From NCBI RefSeq assembly GCF_964188315.1, contig NC_135671.1, forward strand, positions 4,278,001 to 4,342,000: a DNA stretch of 64,000 nt. Reading direction: 5' to 3'. The translations under genes were made by a program, and so were the position numbers. This DNA is from Podarcis muralis. Taxonomy: Eukaryota. The notes below the pieces were generated by a model that saw nothing but the letters and a program-made list of their open reading frames with translations, had not been told where the DNA came from and did no database searches. Below are positions 18,656 to 29,388 of the stretch, piece after piece (positions within the stretch are counted from its first letter, which is position 1; every line of letters starts with the position of its first letter).

Positions 18656-20419
18656 TCATTCGGAAAATTGGCTCAACTTTAATGCGGGAAGAGGGGAGCC
18701 AATAAAGAAATCAGTTATCTTCCTCTGATGAGAAACCTCTCGTAAAGGCTGAGTGGGATTTACAAGGTCATCTGACTGTTGAGCTTGGCCCCTCGATCTA
18801 CTAGGAGTAGGACTTTGAACAGGGGCGGACCCCTTTTCCAAAAGAGTTTGGTGGGCCACCCGGGATGGACCAGCTATCTCGTCAGTTTGGTCTCTCTGTA
18901 GCCTGCTACTGGTCTTTTGGGCTACTTGATTTATGTGGCCTGTTGGGTCTTCAATCAGTTCCGTCACTGGTCTTGTTGTTGAATCCATAATATTCCGCAA
19001 AGAGGGATAAGGCTGGGTGAGAGGGCTTTTTGGGAGGGTTTGCAAAGGCACCTCTTCTCTTGATTGGTCAGTGCTATAAGAAGGTTCCAGGTCTGGCATC
19101 GATGAATGTGTGGAAGGGGATTTTTCCTGTTGTGTGCTGCATTCTTCAGGTATGTTTTTCAATGGACGGTCATGTAAATCTATTAAGAGCACAGAGGATT
19201 GTTCTGCTTGGAGGGAAGGACTGGTAGTTGCTTCTTGGGGTTGAATGTTATCCTCCATTGCCGACATACATTTAGCATTAGATATTGAGAGATCCATATG
19301 ATCTGGTTCTTCTGGTTCTTCATGTTCGCTGTACGTGAGTATTCTGGTGCTGAGTTTCCTCATAAGTTGGGTTTTAAGCGATTCCAGTCTATTAATAATT
19401 TCTTTTTGTTCCACCACTGGTAAATCAGCAAAGGAGGCAATGAGTTCGATCTCTTCTGGTGGTGTCATGCCACTTTTCGGTTGGTCGTTGTTCTTTGCTA
19501 GGGGAGTGGAGGCCACATAACTCTTCTCCTGGGGTAGAAGACCCACTCCGGTGTCCACTGGTGGATCGGGTTTAGCAGATTTTGAGCCCTCTTTGGTTAT
19601 TGCCTCCAACAATAGGGGTTTAGGCGAAGGGTCTATAAAGGTTCTCGTTGGTGCTATCCCACAGCGAAACAAAAATGCTTTCTTTCGTAATATGATAGTG
19701 GGAATTTTTGTGGATTGGAACGCAAGCAGGACTCTCTGGAATTTATGATGATGGACAAGGGGGAGGACTGCACAGAGGTCAATTTGTGTTGCTTCCATAT
19801 TTAAAAGCACCTTTAGGAGTTCCTTAGCACCACCCAGAGTTCTCCATCTTGGGTCCCCATTTTGTATAGTTAGGCTCACTTTCCTCGGAGTTAAGATCAA
19901 GGATTGATGACCTAATTGAAGGTTAAGGTTGTATTTAAATTTGTCAGTACGTTTGTTATTTAAGGACAAACTCCTCGTCCCCTTCCTCTCTTCAAGGGAC
20001 TTTACACCGACTGACGCTGGGGAAGTAGTAACTAGCTTTTGTTGGAGGCTGTGCAGCTGGGACGAAAGATCATCTAGTCTTTTGAATATACAGTGCAAGG
20101 TTTTGATTATCAAATGGGACTGTTCAAATGTCATATGATTGGCCGTGCCAAGGACCAATTCCTCCTTCTGAGGCGAGACTACACTCTTACTGTTGGCCAC
20201 ATCGCTTGTTATTTGTGGAATTATTTGCTCTTCGTCTTTAAGTGCTGACGCGCAATCAATCAGTGGGTTGAAGCGGTTCTGAGTTTCTACCGTGTAGGAG
20301 CAATCCAGTAAATTACTCCCATCTTTAAAGTGACCTGGTTCAACCCTTGTTTGCTTTGATTTCGGAAAGGGAACGGGGACTATCTCCTCGGAATCTCTAA
20401 GGCGTTTCCCATATCCCAT
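18656..20419 (-). CDS. LINE ORF1 (587 aa): coiled-coil-like segments, central globular region, disordered C-terminus with PIP box
   Basis: Uninterrupted ATG-started ORF upstream of and in frame with ORF2, inside the TSD-bounded element. Confidence 0.88.
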   Translation of the reverse strand: MGYGKRLRDSEEIVPVPFPKSKQTRVEPGHFKDGSNLLDCSYTVETQNRFNPLIDCASALKDEEQIIPQITSDVANSKSVVSPQKEELVLGTANHMTFEQSHLIIKTLHCIFKRLDDLSSQLHSLQQKLVTTSPASVGVKSLEERKGTRSLSLNNKRTDKFKYNLNLQLGHQSLILTPRKVSLTIQNGDPRWRTLGGAKELLKVLLNMEATQIDLCAVLPLVHHHKFQRVLLAFQSTKIPTIILRKKAFLFRCGIAPTRTFIDPSPKPLLLEAITKEGSKSAKPDPPVDTGVGLLPQEKSYVASTPLAKNNDQPKSGMTPPEEIELIASFADLPVVEQKEIINRLESLKTQLMRKLSTRILTYSEHEEPEEPDHMDLSISNAKCMSAMEDNIQPQEATTSPSLQAEQSSVLLIDLHDRPLKNIPEECSTQQEKSPSTHSSMPDLEPSYSTDQSREEVPLQTLPKSPLTQPYPSLRNIMDSTTRPVTELIEDPTGHINQVAQKTSSRLQRDQTDEIAGPSRVAHQTLLEKGSAPVQSPTPSRSRGQAQQSDDLVNPTQPLREVSHQRKITDFFIGSPLPALKLSQFSE

Positions 20420-20960
20420 AATTCAGATGTCAAGAAGGGGGGGGGGGATAGTATTTCAAAGTCGGCGTCTTCACCTTCTCCCTCACAAGCCGGCAATTTA
20501 GGTCTATAAGGAGACTACCGGTAAGCAACACAGACCGTTCCTTTGAAGTCCTACTCCCACCAGGACTAAGACTAATATAAGTTTCTCCTTCGAAGCTTAT
20601 CGCAGGGCCCACCGCGGGTCGGTCTCAGATGAAAGGGGAACTCCCAAAGGCCTCACCTTAAACAGGGGAGTTTCTCTTCGTACCAGAGGTGCAGGTCCGA
20701 AGGATTGTTGTTCTATGAAGCACACAAGTTTGGCACCACCCAGATCAATCCAAAGCAATCCTCCTTCGTCAAACTTAGTTAAAATCTGGCATCACACCAG
20801 TGGAGAGTCCAGCAATTACTTGTCTAGCAAAATGCAAAACTAAAGTAAATAGCTTACTCCAACGGTTGTAAAATCCAAGTCAGGAGAAGAGGTCGGAGAG
20901 AACTGGAAGGAGGAACCTTACACGGTGGCCATCTTGGAAGCTCTCCCAGGCTCGTCCCAA

Positions 20961-21160
20961 GGCATTGGCCGGTATTCTCATGTCAGTGCTATAATCTGGG
21001 GCCGAATCATTCGTGACATGTTTTATGCATCATATTTTGCAGGCATTGCATTAAGCAGGGTATACGGGTGCAGAAAAGAAGCAAGATTAGCAAGGGGCCT
21101 ATTAACATCATTAAAAGTCCTCTAAGCCACCCAAGGTTCAGAAGCCACTCAGTCAACCAA
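20961..21160 (-). mobile_element. env: ERV env TM remnant (unit 2 copy), cut by a deletion at about 21160
   Basis: Near-identical to 28741-28940, which encodes the TM anchor GWLRGLLMMLIGPLLILLLFC. Confidence 0.75.
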
Positions 21161-21231
21161 AACAGGAAAAGAAAGAAAAGAAAATGCAGAGTTCTCTCAA
21201 AAAGTAGATCTTGACCCTTGTCTTAAACAGA

Positions 21232-21638
21232 GGGAAATGTCAGCATTGCTGAAGTTGGCCTGTGCCAATACCAAGGTTGTTGAAAAGGTCACTTCGGTGG
21301 GATGCATTTTCACCTTGCTTGTCCCCAACTCCTTTATCTCGATCACTTACATCCACGTCCTGGCTTCCCAGGACCTGGGAAATTCAACCTGACAAGGGCA
21401 GCTCAAAACATTCTCTGCTTGTGTCTCTCATGTATCAGTGGTGGTGCTTTTCTATGGCAGCGCCATATTAATGTACATGAGGCCTGAGCGGAGCCACTCC
21501 CCTGGTCAGGACAAAGCAATCTCTTTGTTTTATAACATTGTCATTCCCTTGTTTAATCCAATTATATAAAGTCTGAAGAATAGAGATGTGAAAGAGGCCT
21601 TGATTAAAATTCTCCAAAGGTGCAGAAGACCTTGTTGA
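21232..21638 (+). pseudogene. OR 3'-half fragment 2
   Basis: Same breakpoint as fragment 1; disrupted reading frame. Confidence 0.92.
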
Positions 21639-24600
21639 TCCACAGGCATACATGAGATGCTACCTTCTACTAATAGTCCAGCAGGTCCACTGTGGTTGTC
21701 TCTTTCTGGCAGTGTCTCTGCAAGGTTTCAGGCAAAGACTCTCCTATTTGTGAAGCTTGTGTTGTGGGTTTTTGTTTTTGTTTTACGGATGATAGGGATT
21801 GAACCTAAGATCTTCCAAGTACAAAGCCTTTTCTCTGCCACTGAAATATGACCCTGTTATAGGTTTATGGATTTGGTAATGGTAAAGGAAATCAGGCCAA
21901 GGGAGCTGGCGTTTGTTTTCAGACAGTTTTTTCTTTGCCATGTGGCCAGCATGACTAAACAGCTTCTGGCGCATGGAACACCATGACGAGTGCCAGAGTG
22001 CACGGAAACACCACTTACTTTCCCACCGCAGTGGTACCTATTTATCTACTCACACTGGTATGCTTCTGAACTGCTAGGTTGGCAGCAGTTGGGACAAAGC
22101 AACCAGAGCTCACCCCACCATGCAGATTCGAATTGCAGACCTTAACAAGTCCAAGAGGTTTGGTGGTTTAGATGACAGTGCTACCTACGTCCCTTTAAGT
22201 TTATGGGTTAAATGAAGTTTTTGGGGCATCAAAGCTAATTTCCTTGGAGCTGATAGCTTGACTCATGTGTGTATTTAAGTCAGACCCAATGTGTATCTAA
22301 GCCATGTGCTGGACCTTGTTAATCCTTTATTTGACCAAGTGTAAAAGCTCATTAAGTTAGATAATTTTCATTTGATGTGTTAGTCTGGGGTAGAGCCATT
22401 TAAGCGACACAAATGATAATAAAACAATCCCATTTGCAAATGTGTGTGTTTCACAACAACAACCGCAACAACAACAACAACACCCATCTGACTGGGTTGC
22501 CTGAACCTCTCTGGGAGGCTTCCAGTACATACCCCCAATGAAGGGTTTTGTGTAAAAGACAACTCCAGTGTTTTAGTGTGTTAGGAAAGGTTAGAGTTTA
22601 GAATGGAAGTTAGGAATTAAGTAATAGAGTTAGGAAGCAATGTGGGTGAGAAGCAGAGAGAGAAATTAAGTGAAAAGCAGAGTGCAGGAGGCAGAAGAAA
22701 TATATAGGGTTGGTTGAAATCAATGCTTCGCTCCTGGAGGAGATAAGACAATCCTGGATTGTAATGCTGTGTATATATGTGTAAATAAACCATATATCAT
22801 AAAGACACTACAGTCTCTGCTGTGCCTCATTCGAAAAGGAAACACAGACCTTGGGTGAAAGTGAACCTGGTACCCCTGCAATCTCACACTGCTCGGTGAT
22901 TGGGGTGCCCTGTAACAGCCCCTTTCTTTGACCTGCATGCGGAACCAAACAAGAACATAGCTTAAGAAATTGTAAGTTAGGGCCAGGACCTCACTCAGGG
23001 CTCGTCCACACTTTGCTTGTCTCACATCTAGAAAACATGGATCTGAGACATTTTCTGCTTGTCCTGAGCCTTCTTTCACACTCTGAGCAGGGGACATACA
23101 TGGTTTTCTTCCCATCCTCATTTAATCCCCACAACAATCTTATGAGGTAGCTTAGGCTGAGAGGCAGTGACTGGCCAAAGGTCACCAAATGAGCTTCGCA
23201 GCTGAGTGGGGATCTGAAACCTGGTCTCCCAAGTCCTCGTCTGTCACTCCGACCACTTCACCACACTTGGTCTCTTACTTTAATTGCCATTGTTCTTTCT
23301 TATTTCTGAGTGTTGTGTCTTTCCCCAGTCCTGCAAACTGTCCCTTCCTCTCCCTTCTCCCACCCCAAGGTGAAGAAACATGCCTTGGGACAAAGGCAGA
23401 AGTGGCAGGAGGCACTCACAGCCCACAGCTGAGCATCATTTCTCACTGGGGACTGAGGCCACAAGTCCAAGAATTTCTAGCAGGGAACTAATGCCCAGTG
23501 TGCCAGTTCCTGCTCTATGGTGGATTATCTCTCAGAGAATGGAATGGAATTGCATATTCTCAGTTTTCCTCTGGGGTATTCTGGAGCTGGTAGTTGCATT
23601 CCCAGTCTCCAGTGGGAACAGACACTCTGCCAGGAGTTGAGAGTGCTCCCCACCATATGCCAAAAGGTAAGTTTCCTTGGCCTGGAGTAGGGGAAGCAAA
23701 AGGCTCCTTGGAGGCTTATGAATATTCACTTTGAATATTCATAAAGCCTTAACTTCTTTCAGGGTGTAGAAATAAACTTGATTTAAAAAAAAAGAAAAAA
23801 CCAATGTAGAACCTCTGATCGAAGTGCTGATTGTGGTTGATGGTACCACATAAAAAGAAAATATACAGTCATTTTCTTTTTTCTTTTCTTTTCTTTTCTT
23901 ATTTCTTATTTCTTTACTTTCTTACCTGTCCTTCCCCACAAAGTCCCAAAGCAGGTTACGATATACAGTCCACAGGAATAAGCCTATTGTTTGTTTGCCT
24001 TCTGTGTCTTCACATCAGAGGTTCTTGTTTAAGTAGTGTGTTGGTGTTAGAGTTGTAGAAGAAGGCTTGTTTTTTGTTTTGTTTTTTTACAATGTTTGGT
24101 GCCTACATAAAATGATACAACAACAACACAAAAATATCACTCAGGTGATCTTCATAAAACATACATTTTAAATCTATTATCTGAGTCAGTACCCAGTGAT
24201 CAGGGCTTGGTAAATCCGACTGTGTCAGAAGGTGATAAATAATTACAGTCAATGTCACCATGCAAATTGCAATATGGTCCTTGGCATATACAGACAACAT
24301 GATGCATGGCTGTGTCATTTGTAAGAGAAAGCTATTAAGATTTGCATCTCTCTTCCCCCCACCCAACCTCTCTTTTTGTAGGACAACCGATTATAAACCC
24401 ACAGATTCCCTCTCAGACAGATATTAGAAAACTAGTCTAATACCCTTATACCCCCAAATTACACTACCCCCTCCATACTATTTCTCTGATCACTTTTGGA
24501 ACTGTGCCCATTGACTTTCCTAGAGGAAATGGACTGAGCATAGTTGGGAACAGCGGCAGCTGGCTTCACACAAGGAAACTGTTTAATAGCTGAGGTTCCC

Positions 24601-25418
24601 AAATTTTGATCACAATCATAATTCAGAATCAGTTTGGGGAATTGCATGCATAGCTATGTATCCTCAGGGCCAGGCCAGGACATTTTTGCATCTGAGGTGA
24701 ACCACAACATGTGTCAGCATCGTCCTTGCCCCCCACACCATGCAAGCTGAGTAGGACCTTTGCCCCTTTTGTACACCAAGCACTCAACAGCCCCCAGGCA
24801 GCATGGCCAATGATCAGGGATGATGTGACACCAAACAGTCAATGTTGGGTAGTGGCTGGAGTGATGGACATGGGCCTAGGAGACCAGGGCTAAAATCCCC
24901 ACTTAGCCATGAAACTCATTGGGTGACCTTGGGATAATATCTCTCCCTCTCTCTCCCTCTCTCTCTCTCTGCCTAAACCTACCTCACAGGAATGTTGTGG
25001 GGATTAAATGATAAGGGGTAGAAGATATGGAAACCACCTTGAGCTCCTGGGATTAACAGGAAGAGTATAAAGGCAATAGATAAATATGGATCCGAGTGGA
25101 GGAGGCACCAAAGGCAAAAATGAAGCAGCACGTGGGTGGGGGAAGATGGAAGGCAAACAAGCGAGGGAATGGGGGGCAAGGAAGGAGGAGGTGATGGGCA
25201 GGCAGAAGACCAAAAGGCTGCCCTGCAGATTATTTGCATGGTGGGGGTGCTGTCATTAGTAACAGAATCCTTCTGAGATTTGCATTTCTTTCCACACCAT
25301 GATCTCCTCATTTTAAAAAGCCCAAGTCAGTTTCCATTGCTGGACATCTGAAAGAAACCAGGAGAATTACACGCTGATACTTCTTCCACTCAGGCATTTT
25401 TGGCAGAAAGTAACAACA

Positions 25419-26345
25419 ATGGGCATAACTACTCCATTTGGTATCTTTTTCCAGACCTTTTTTGCAATTGAGTCCACTGTTGCCTTTTTAGCAAATGGAT
25501 TTATCCTAGTTGTGAATGGGCACCGATGGCTCCAAAACTGGAAGATGGCCCCTTGCGACTTCCTCTTGACCAGTTTGAGCACCTCCAGAATTATAGTGCA
25601 GCTGACCATCATGATAAATAATATTCTGTACTACAGCCTTCCAGAGAACTATACAGGTAGTTTTACACAGGAGATTGGCACATTTTTCTGGTTATTTTTC
25701 AGCAATGTTAGCCTCTGGTGTGCCACATGGCTCAACATTTTCTACTGTGTGAAGGTCACCAACTTCCCCCATCACCTGTTCCTCTGGCTGAAACTAAGGA
25801 TTGATGTACTTGGACCTAGGCTGCTCGGAATGGTGGTAATAGCTCTCATGCTCTTCTCTGTTCATCCAACCATTCTTTATTTTGAAAACAAGAAGCTCTG
25901 CAATCTCTCAGGAACTCTGGCATGGAATGCCAGTCTCAACAAGGTTTGCCACGACCCGTACTTCCTTTTTAGAACTCTACATATATGTTTTTTATGCATG
26001 AGTTTCATCCTCAGCGTAATGGCATCCATGGTTTTACTCGTCTCTCTTTGGAGGCACAGAAAGAATATGAAAAAGAGTGGCTCTGTCATTAAGGACCTCA
26101 GCACTCAGGTCTACCTCAACGTCATGAAGTCTTTGTTGTTCTCTCTGTTCTTTGGTATAACCTATTTTGCTGCTGTAATCATTCCTACGGCAAATTTGGG
26201 CTGGTATGGCACAAATAGCCAATTAGTTATTGATATTGTGCTGTCTGCAGTCCCTTCAGCACATACCATGATCCTAATATTGTCCAATCCCAAACTGAAA
26301 GAAATCTTAATGCACATTCTACACATCAGACAAAGGGCTAAATAA
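25419..26345 (+). CDS. TAS2R: TAS2R copy 2 (308 aa)
   Basis: Same motif set as copy 1; intact ORF. Confidence 0.96.
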   Translation: MGITTPFGIFFQTFFAIESTVAFLANGFILVVNGHRWLQNWKMAPCDFLLTSLSTSRIIVQLTIMINNILYYSLPENYTGSFTQEIGTFFWLFFSNVSLWCATWLNIFYCVKVTNFPHHLFLWLKLRIDVLGPRLLGMVVIALMLFSVHPTILYFENKKLCNLSGTLAWNASLNKVCHDPYFLFRTLHICFLCMSFILSVMASMVLLVSLWRHRKNMKKSGSVIKDLSTQVYLNVMKSLLFSLFFGITYFAAVIIPTANLGWYGTNSQLVIDIVLSAVPSAHTMILILSNPKLKEILMHILHIRQRAK

Positions 26346-26567
26346 AAAGAGGGCTGTGACACGCATCTCTTGCATCCAAGAAGACAAGATTCTCTCCCTC
26401 CTTCCCTCCCTCTCTCTATATAAAACTTGCCTCAGATGTACTGTCTGCTGTATTTCATAATACAATAACATGAAAATGGAATCTAAGTAAAAAGAGAAAC
26501 AGAAAAATAAAGAAAAGAAAATGCAGAGTTCTCTCAAAAGTAGATCTTAACCCTTGTCTTAAACAGA

Positions 26568-26974
26568 GTGAAATGTCAGCATTGCTGAAGTTGGCCTGTG
26601 CCGATACCAAGGTAGTTGAAAAGGTCACTTCGGTGGGATGCATTTTCACCTTGCTTATCCCCATCTCCTTTATCTCGATGACTTACATCCTCGTCCTGGC
26701 TTCTCAGGATCTGAGAAATTCAACCTGCCAAGGACAGCACAAAGCATTCTCTACTTCTGTATCTCATGTATCAGTGGTGGTGATTTTCTATGGCGAGCGC
26801 CATATTAATGTACATGAGACCTGAGTCGAGCCACTCCCCTGGTCAGGACAAAGTGATCTCTCTGTTTTATAATATTGTCATTCGTTGTTTAATCCAATTA
26901 TATAGAGTCTGAAGAATAGAGATGTGAAAGAGGCCTTGATTAAAATTTTCCAAAGGTGCAGAAGACCTTGTTGA
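26568..26974 (+). pseudogene. OR 3'-half fragment 3
   Basis: Same breakpoint; extra deletion at tatggc/gagcgcc causes a frameshift. Confidence 0.92.
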
Positions 26975-28025
26975 TCCTCAGGCAAACATGAGATGCTACC
27001 TTCTACTAATAGTCCAGCAGGTCCACCGTGGTTGACTCTTTCTGGCAGTGTCTCTGCAAGGTTTGAAGCAAAGACTCTGCTATCTGTGAAGCTTGAGTTG
27101 TGGGGGTTTTTTTTTGTTTGTTTTTTACTGGTGATGATAGGGATTGAACCTGAGATCTTCCAAGTACAAAGCCATTCTCTGCCACTGAAATATTACCCTG
27201 TTATATGTTTATGGATTTGGTAATGGTAAAGGTAATCAGGCCAAGGGAGCCGACGTTTGTCTGCTGACAGCTTTTTCTGGGTCATGCGGCCAGCATCACT
27301 AAACTGCTTCTGGCGCACGGAACACCATGATGAGTGCCAGAGTGCACAGAAACACCGCTTACTTTCCCACTGCAATGGTACCTATTTATCTACTCACACT
27401 GGTATGCTTCCGAACTGCTAGGTTGGCAGCAGTTGGGACAGAGCAACCGGAGCTCACCCCGTCATGCAGATTCAAACTGCCGACCTTATGATCAACAAGC
27501 CCAAGAGGCTCAATGGTTTAGACGACAGTGCTACCTACGTCCCTTTAAGTTTATGGGTTAAATGAAGTTTTGGGGCATCAAGGCTAATTTCCTTGGAGGT
27601 GATACCTCGACTCATGTGTGTATTTAAGTCAGACCCAATGTGTATCTAAGCCATGTGCTGGACCTTGTTAATCCTTTATTTAACCAAGTGTAAAAGCTCA
27701 TTAAGTTAGATAATTTTCATTTGATGTGTTAGTCTGGGGTAGAGCTACACAAAGAATAATAAAAAAAATCCCATTTGCAAATGAGTGTGTTTAATAATAA
27801 TAATAATACCCCGCCCATCTGACTGGGTTGCCCCAACCACTCTGGGAGGCTTTCAGCATATACCCTCAATGAAGGGTTTTGTGTAAAAGACAACTCCAGT
27901 GTTTTAGCATGTTAGGAAAGGTTAGAGTATAGAATGGAAGTTAGGAATGAAGTAATAGAGTTAGGAAGCAATGTGGGCGAGAAGCAGAGAGAGAAATTAA
28001 GTGACAAGCAGAGTGCAAGAGGCAG

Positions 28026-29388
28026 TGTAGCCTTATTAGACTTTACTGATTGGTGGGCTCTGCATTGCTCCTGGACGGAGGAAGGAAGTCAAATGACACC
28101 GAGGGTTGGTTCAGAGAAAGAGTTCTTTATTTCTGCTCTCCGGAACAGCAGAAAGGCACTTGCATGGTCAGTCCACAGCAAGTCCAAAGAAATGAGAGAT
28201 TTCATGCAGTATATATATCCTCCAGGCACCCTCTCCCCCTTCCCCAGGAATCTAACCACGTCAGCTTATACACGCAGGTTGACATCACAGATGTTACTGC
28301 TCCGGTACTCTTAACCATAAAAGGGTTTTCCTTCCTGTAATCCTGACCATAAAAGGTTATTCCTGATCCTATATTCTTATCTTGGAACAAGAGGTCACCA
28401 ACTCCAAGAACATACTCTGGCGCTGTTCCCGGACTAGGTCTGTGCCTCAGAGTGTGGTCAGGACGTAAGATAAGACCTAGACATGTCATCCCTGTTCCAC
28501 TTTGGAATGGACAAGGCCATCCGTCATTACCAGCCTTCATGGACTGATAAGGGAGAGAGCTTTGAGCACTTGTTTATACAGCTGGGTTTTGGCTCAAGAG
28601 CTCAAGTTAAAGCATTTTAGAAATGCTCGCTTGGAAAAGGAAAAAAAGGTGGATTTGGGGTCCCGTTTCAAACTGACTGCACAGAAACCCATTCCTTCAT
28701 TCCCCCCTCTTCTTTTGGACAGCCTTACAGCTCGTCCCAAGGCACTGGTTGGTATTCTCATGTCAGTGCTATAATCTGGGGCCGAATCATTCGTGACATC
28801 TTTTACGTATCATATTTTGCAGGCATTGCATTAAGCAGGGTATACGGGTGCAGAAAAGAAGCAAGATTAGCAAGGGGCCTATTAACATCATTAAAAGTCC
28901 TCTAAGCCACCCAAGGTTCGCAAGCCACTCAGTCAACCAAGACATGTCCCATCCGTTCCAGGTTGGGACAACAACATGGGCTACTTTTTCTATTTCTGCT
29001 GCCAGGTGTCAAATAGCTTCACCATGGTCAGAGATGTTAAAGCAGCAGGCTCCTCCCATCAAATGTAATGCGGCACAAAATCCGGCGGAACCCAAAATCG
29101 GGGCCGTAACTGAGGACTCATTCCAAGGCACAGGGAGGAGGGGTATTCCTCCCAAAGCATCTGTAGGTCCCAGAGTGCAGACCGTGCAATTGGTTCGGTT
29201 TGCAGAATAGGCTACCATTTCTGCCATTTGCAGCCATTTATTGTACGTGTTGCGGACACCCCATTCTCTCATTAGCCGCTGGGTTACCTTAAGTGGTGTG
29301 CCCCAAAACCTCCAACAACAACTGCTCTTGCTCTAGAGAGTCTGCAGAGCGCACCTGTCCCGGTCGCAGTAAAAACCGGAAGTCGGAG
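28026..29388 (-). mobile_element. env: ERV remnant: intact 3' LTR (28026-28699), PPT, internally deleted env (about 28725-29290)
   Basis: Minus-strand translation NKWLQMAEMVAYSANRTNCTVC ... GFCAALHLMGGACCFNISDHGEAI*HLAAEIEKV ... WLRGLLMMLIGPLLILLLFC..IPCLMQC; PPT aaaagaagaggggggaa before TGAAGG. Confidence 0.8.

Larger units (their letters stand above)
15237..20948 (-). mobile_element. Full-length two-ORF LINE (APE-RT-CCHC; RTE-X-like, clade tentative), 5712 bp
   Basis: 12-bp TSD ggctcgtcccaa (15225-15236, 20949-20960); AATAAA followed by a (TTGA)n tail; about 530-bp 5' UTR; empty site at about 28740. Confidence 0.95.

Noticed and set aside
18552-18659. AUGA stop-start overlap as the ORF2 initiation site
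   Set aside because: In this copy the AUG opens a different frame that ends after 35 codons; retained only as the alternative to test (needs a 1-nt indel).
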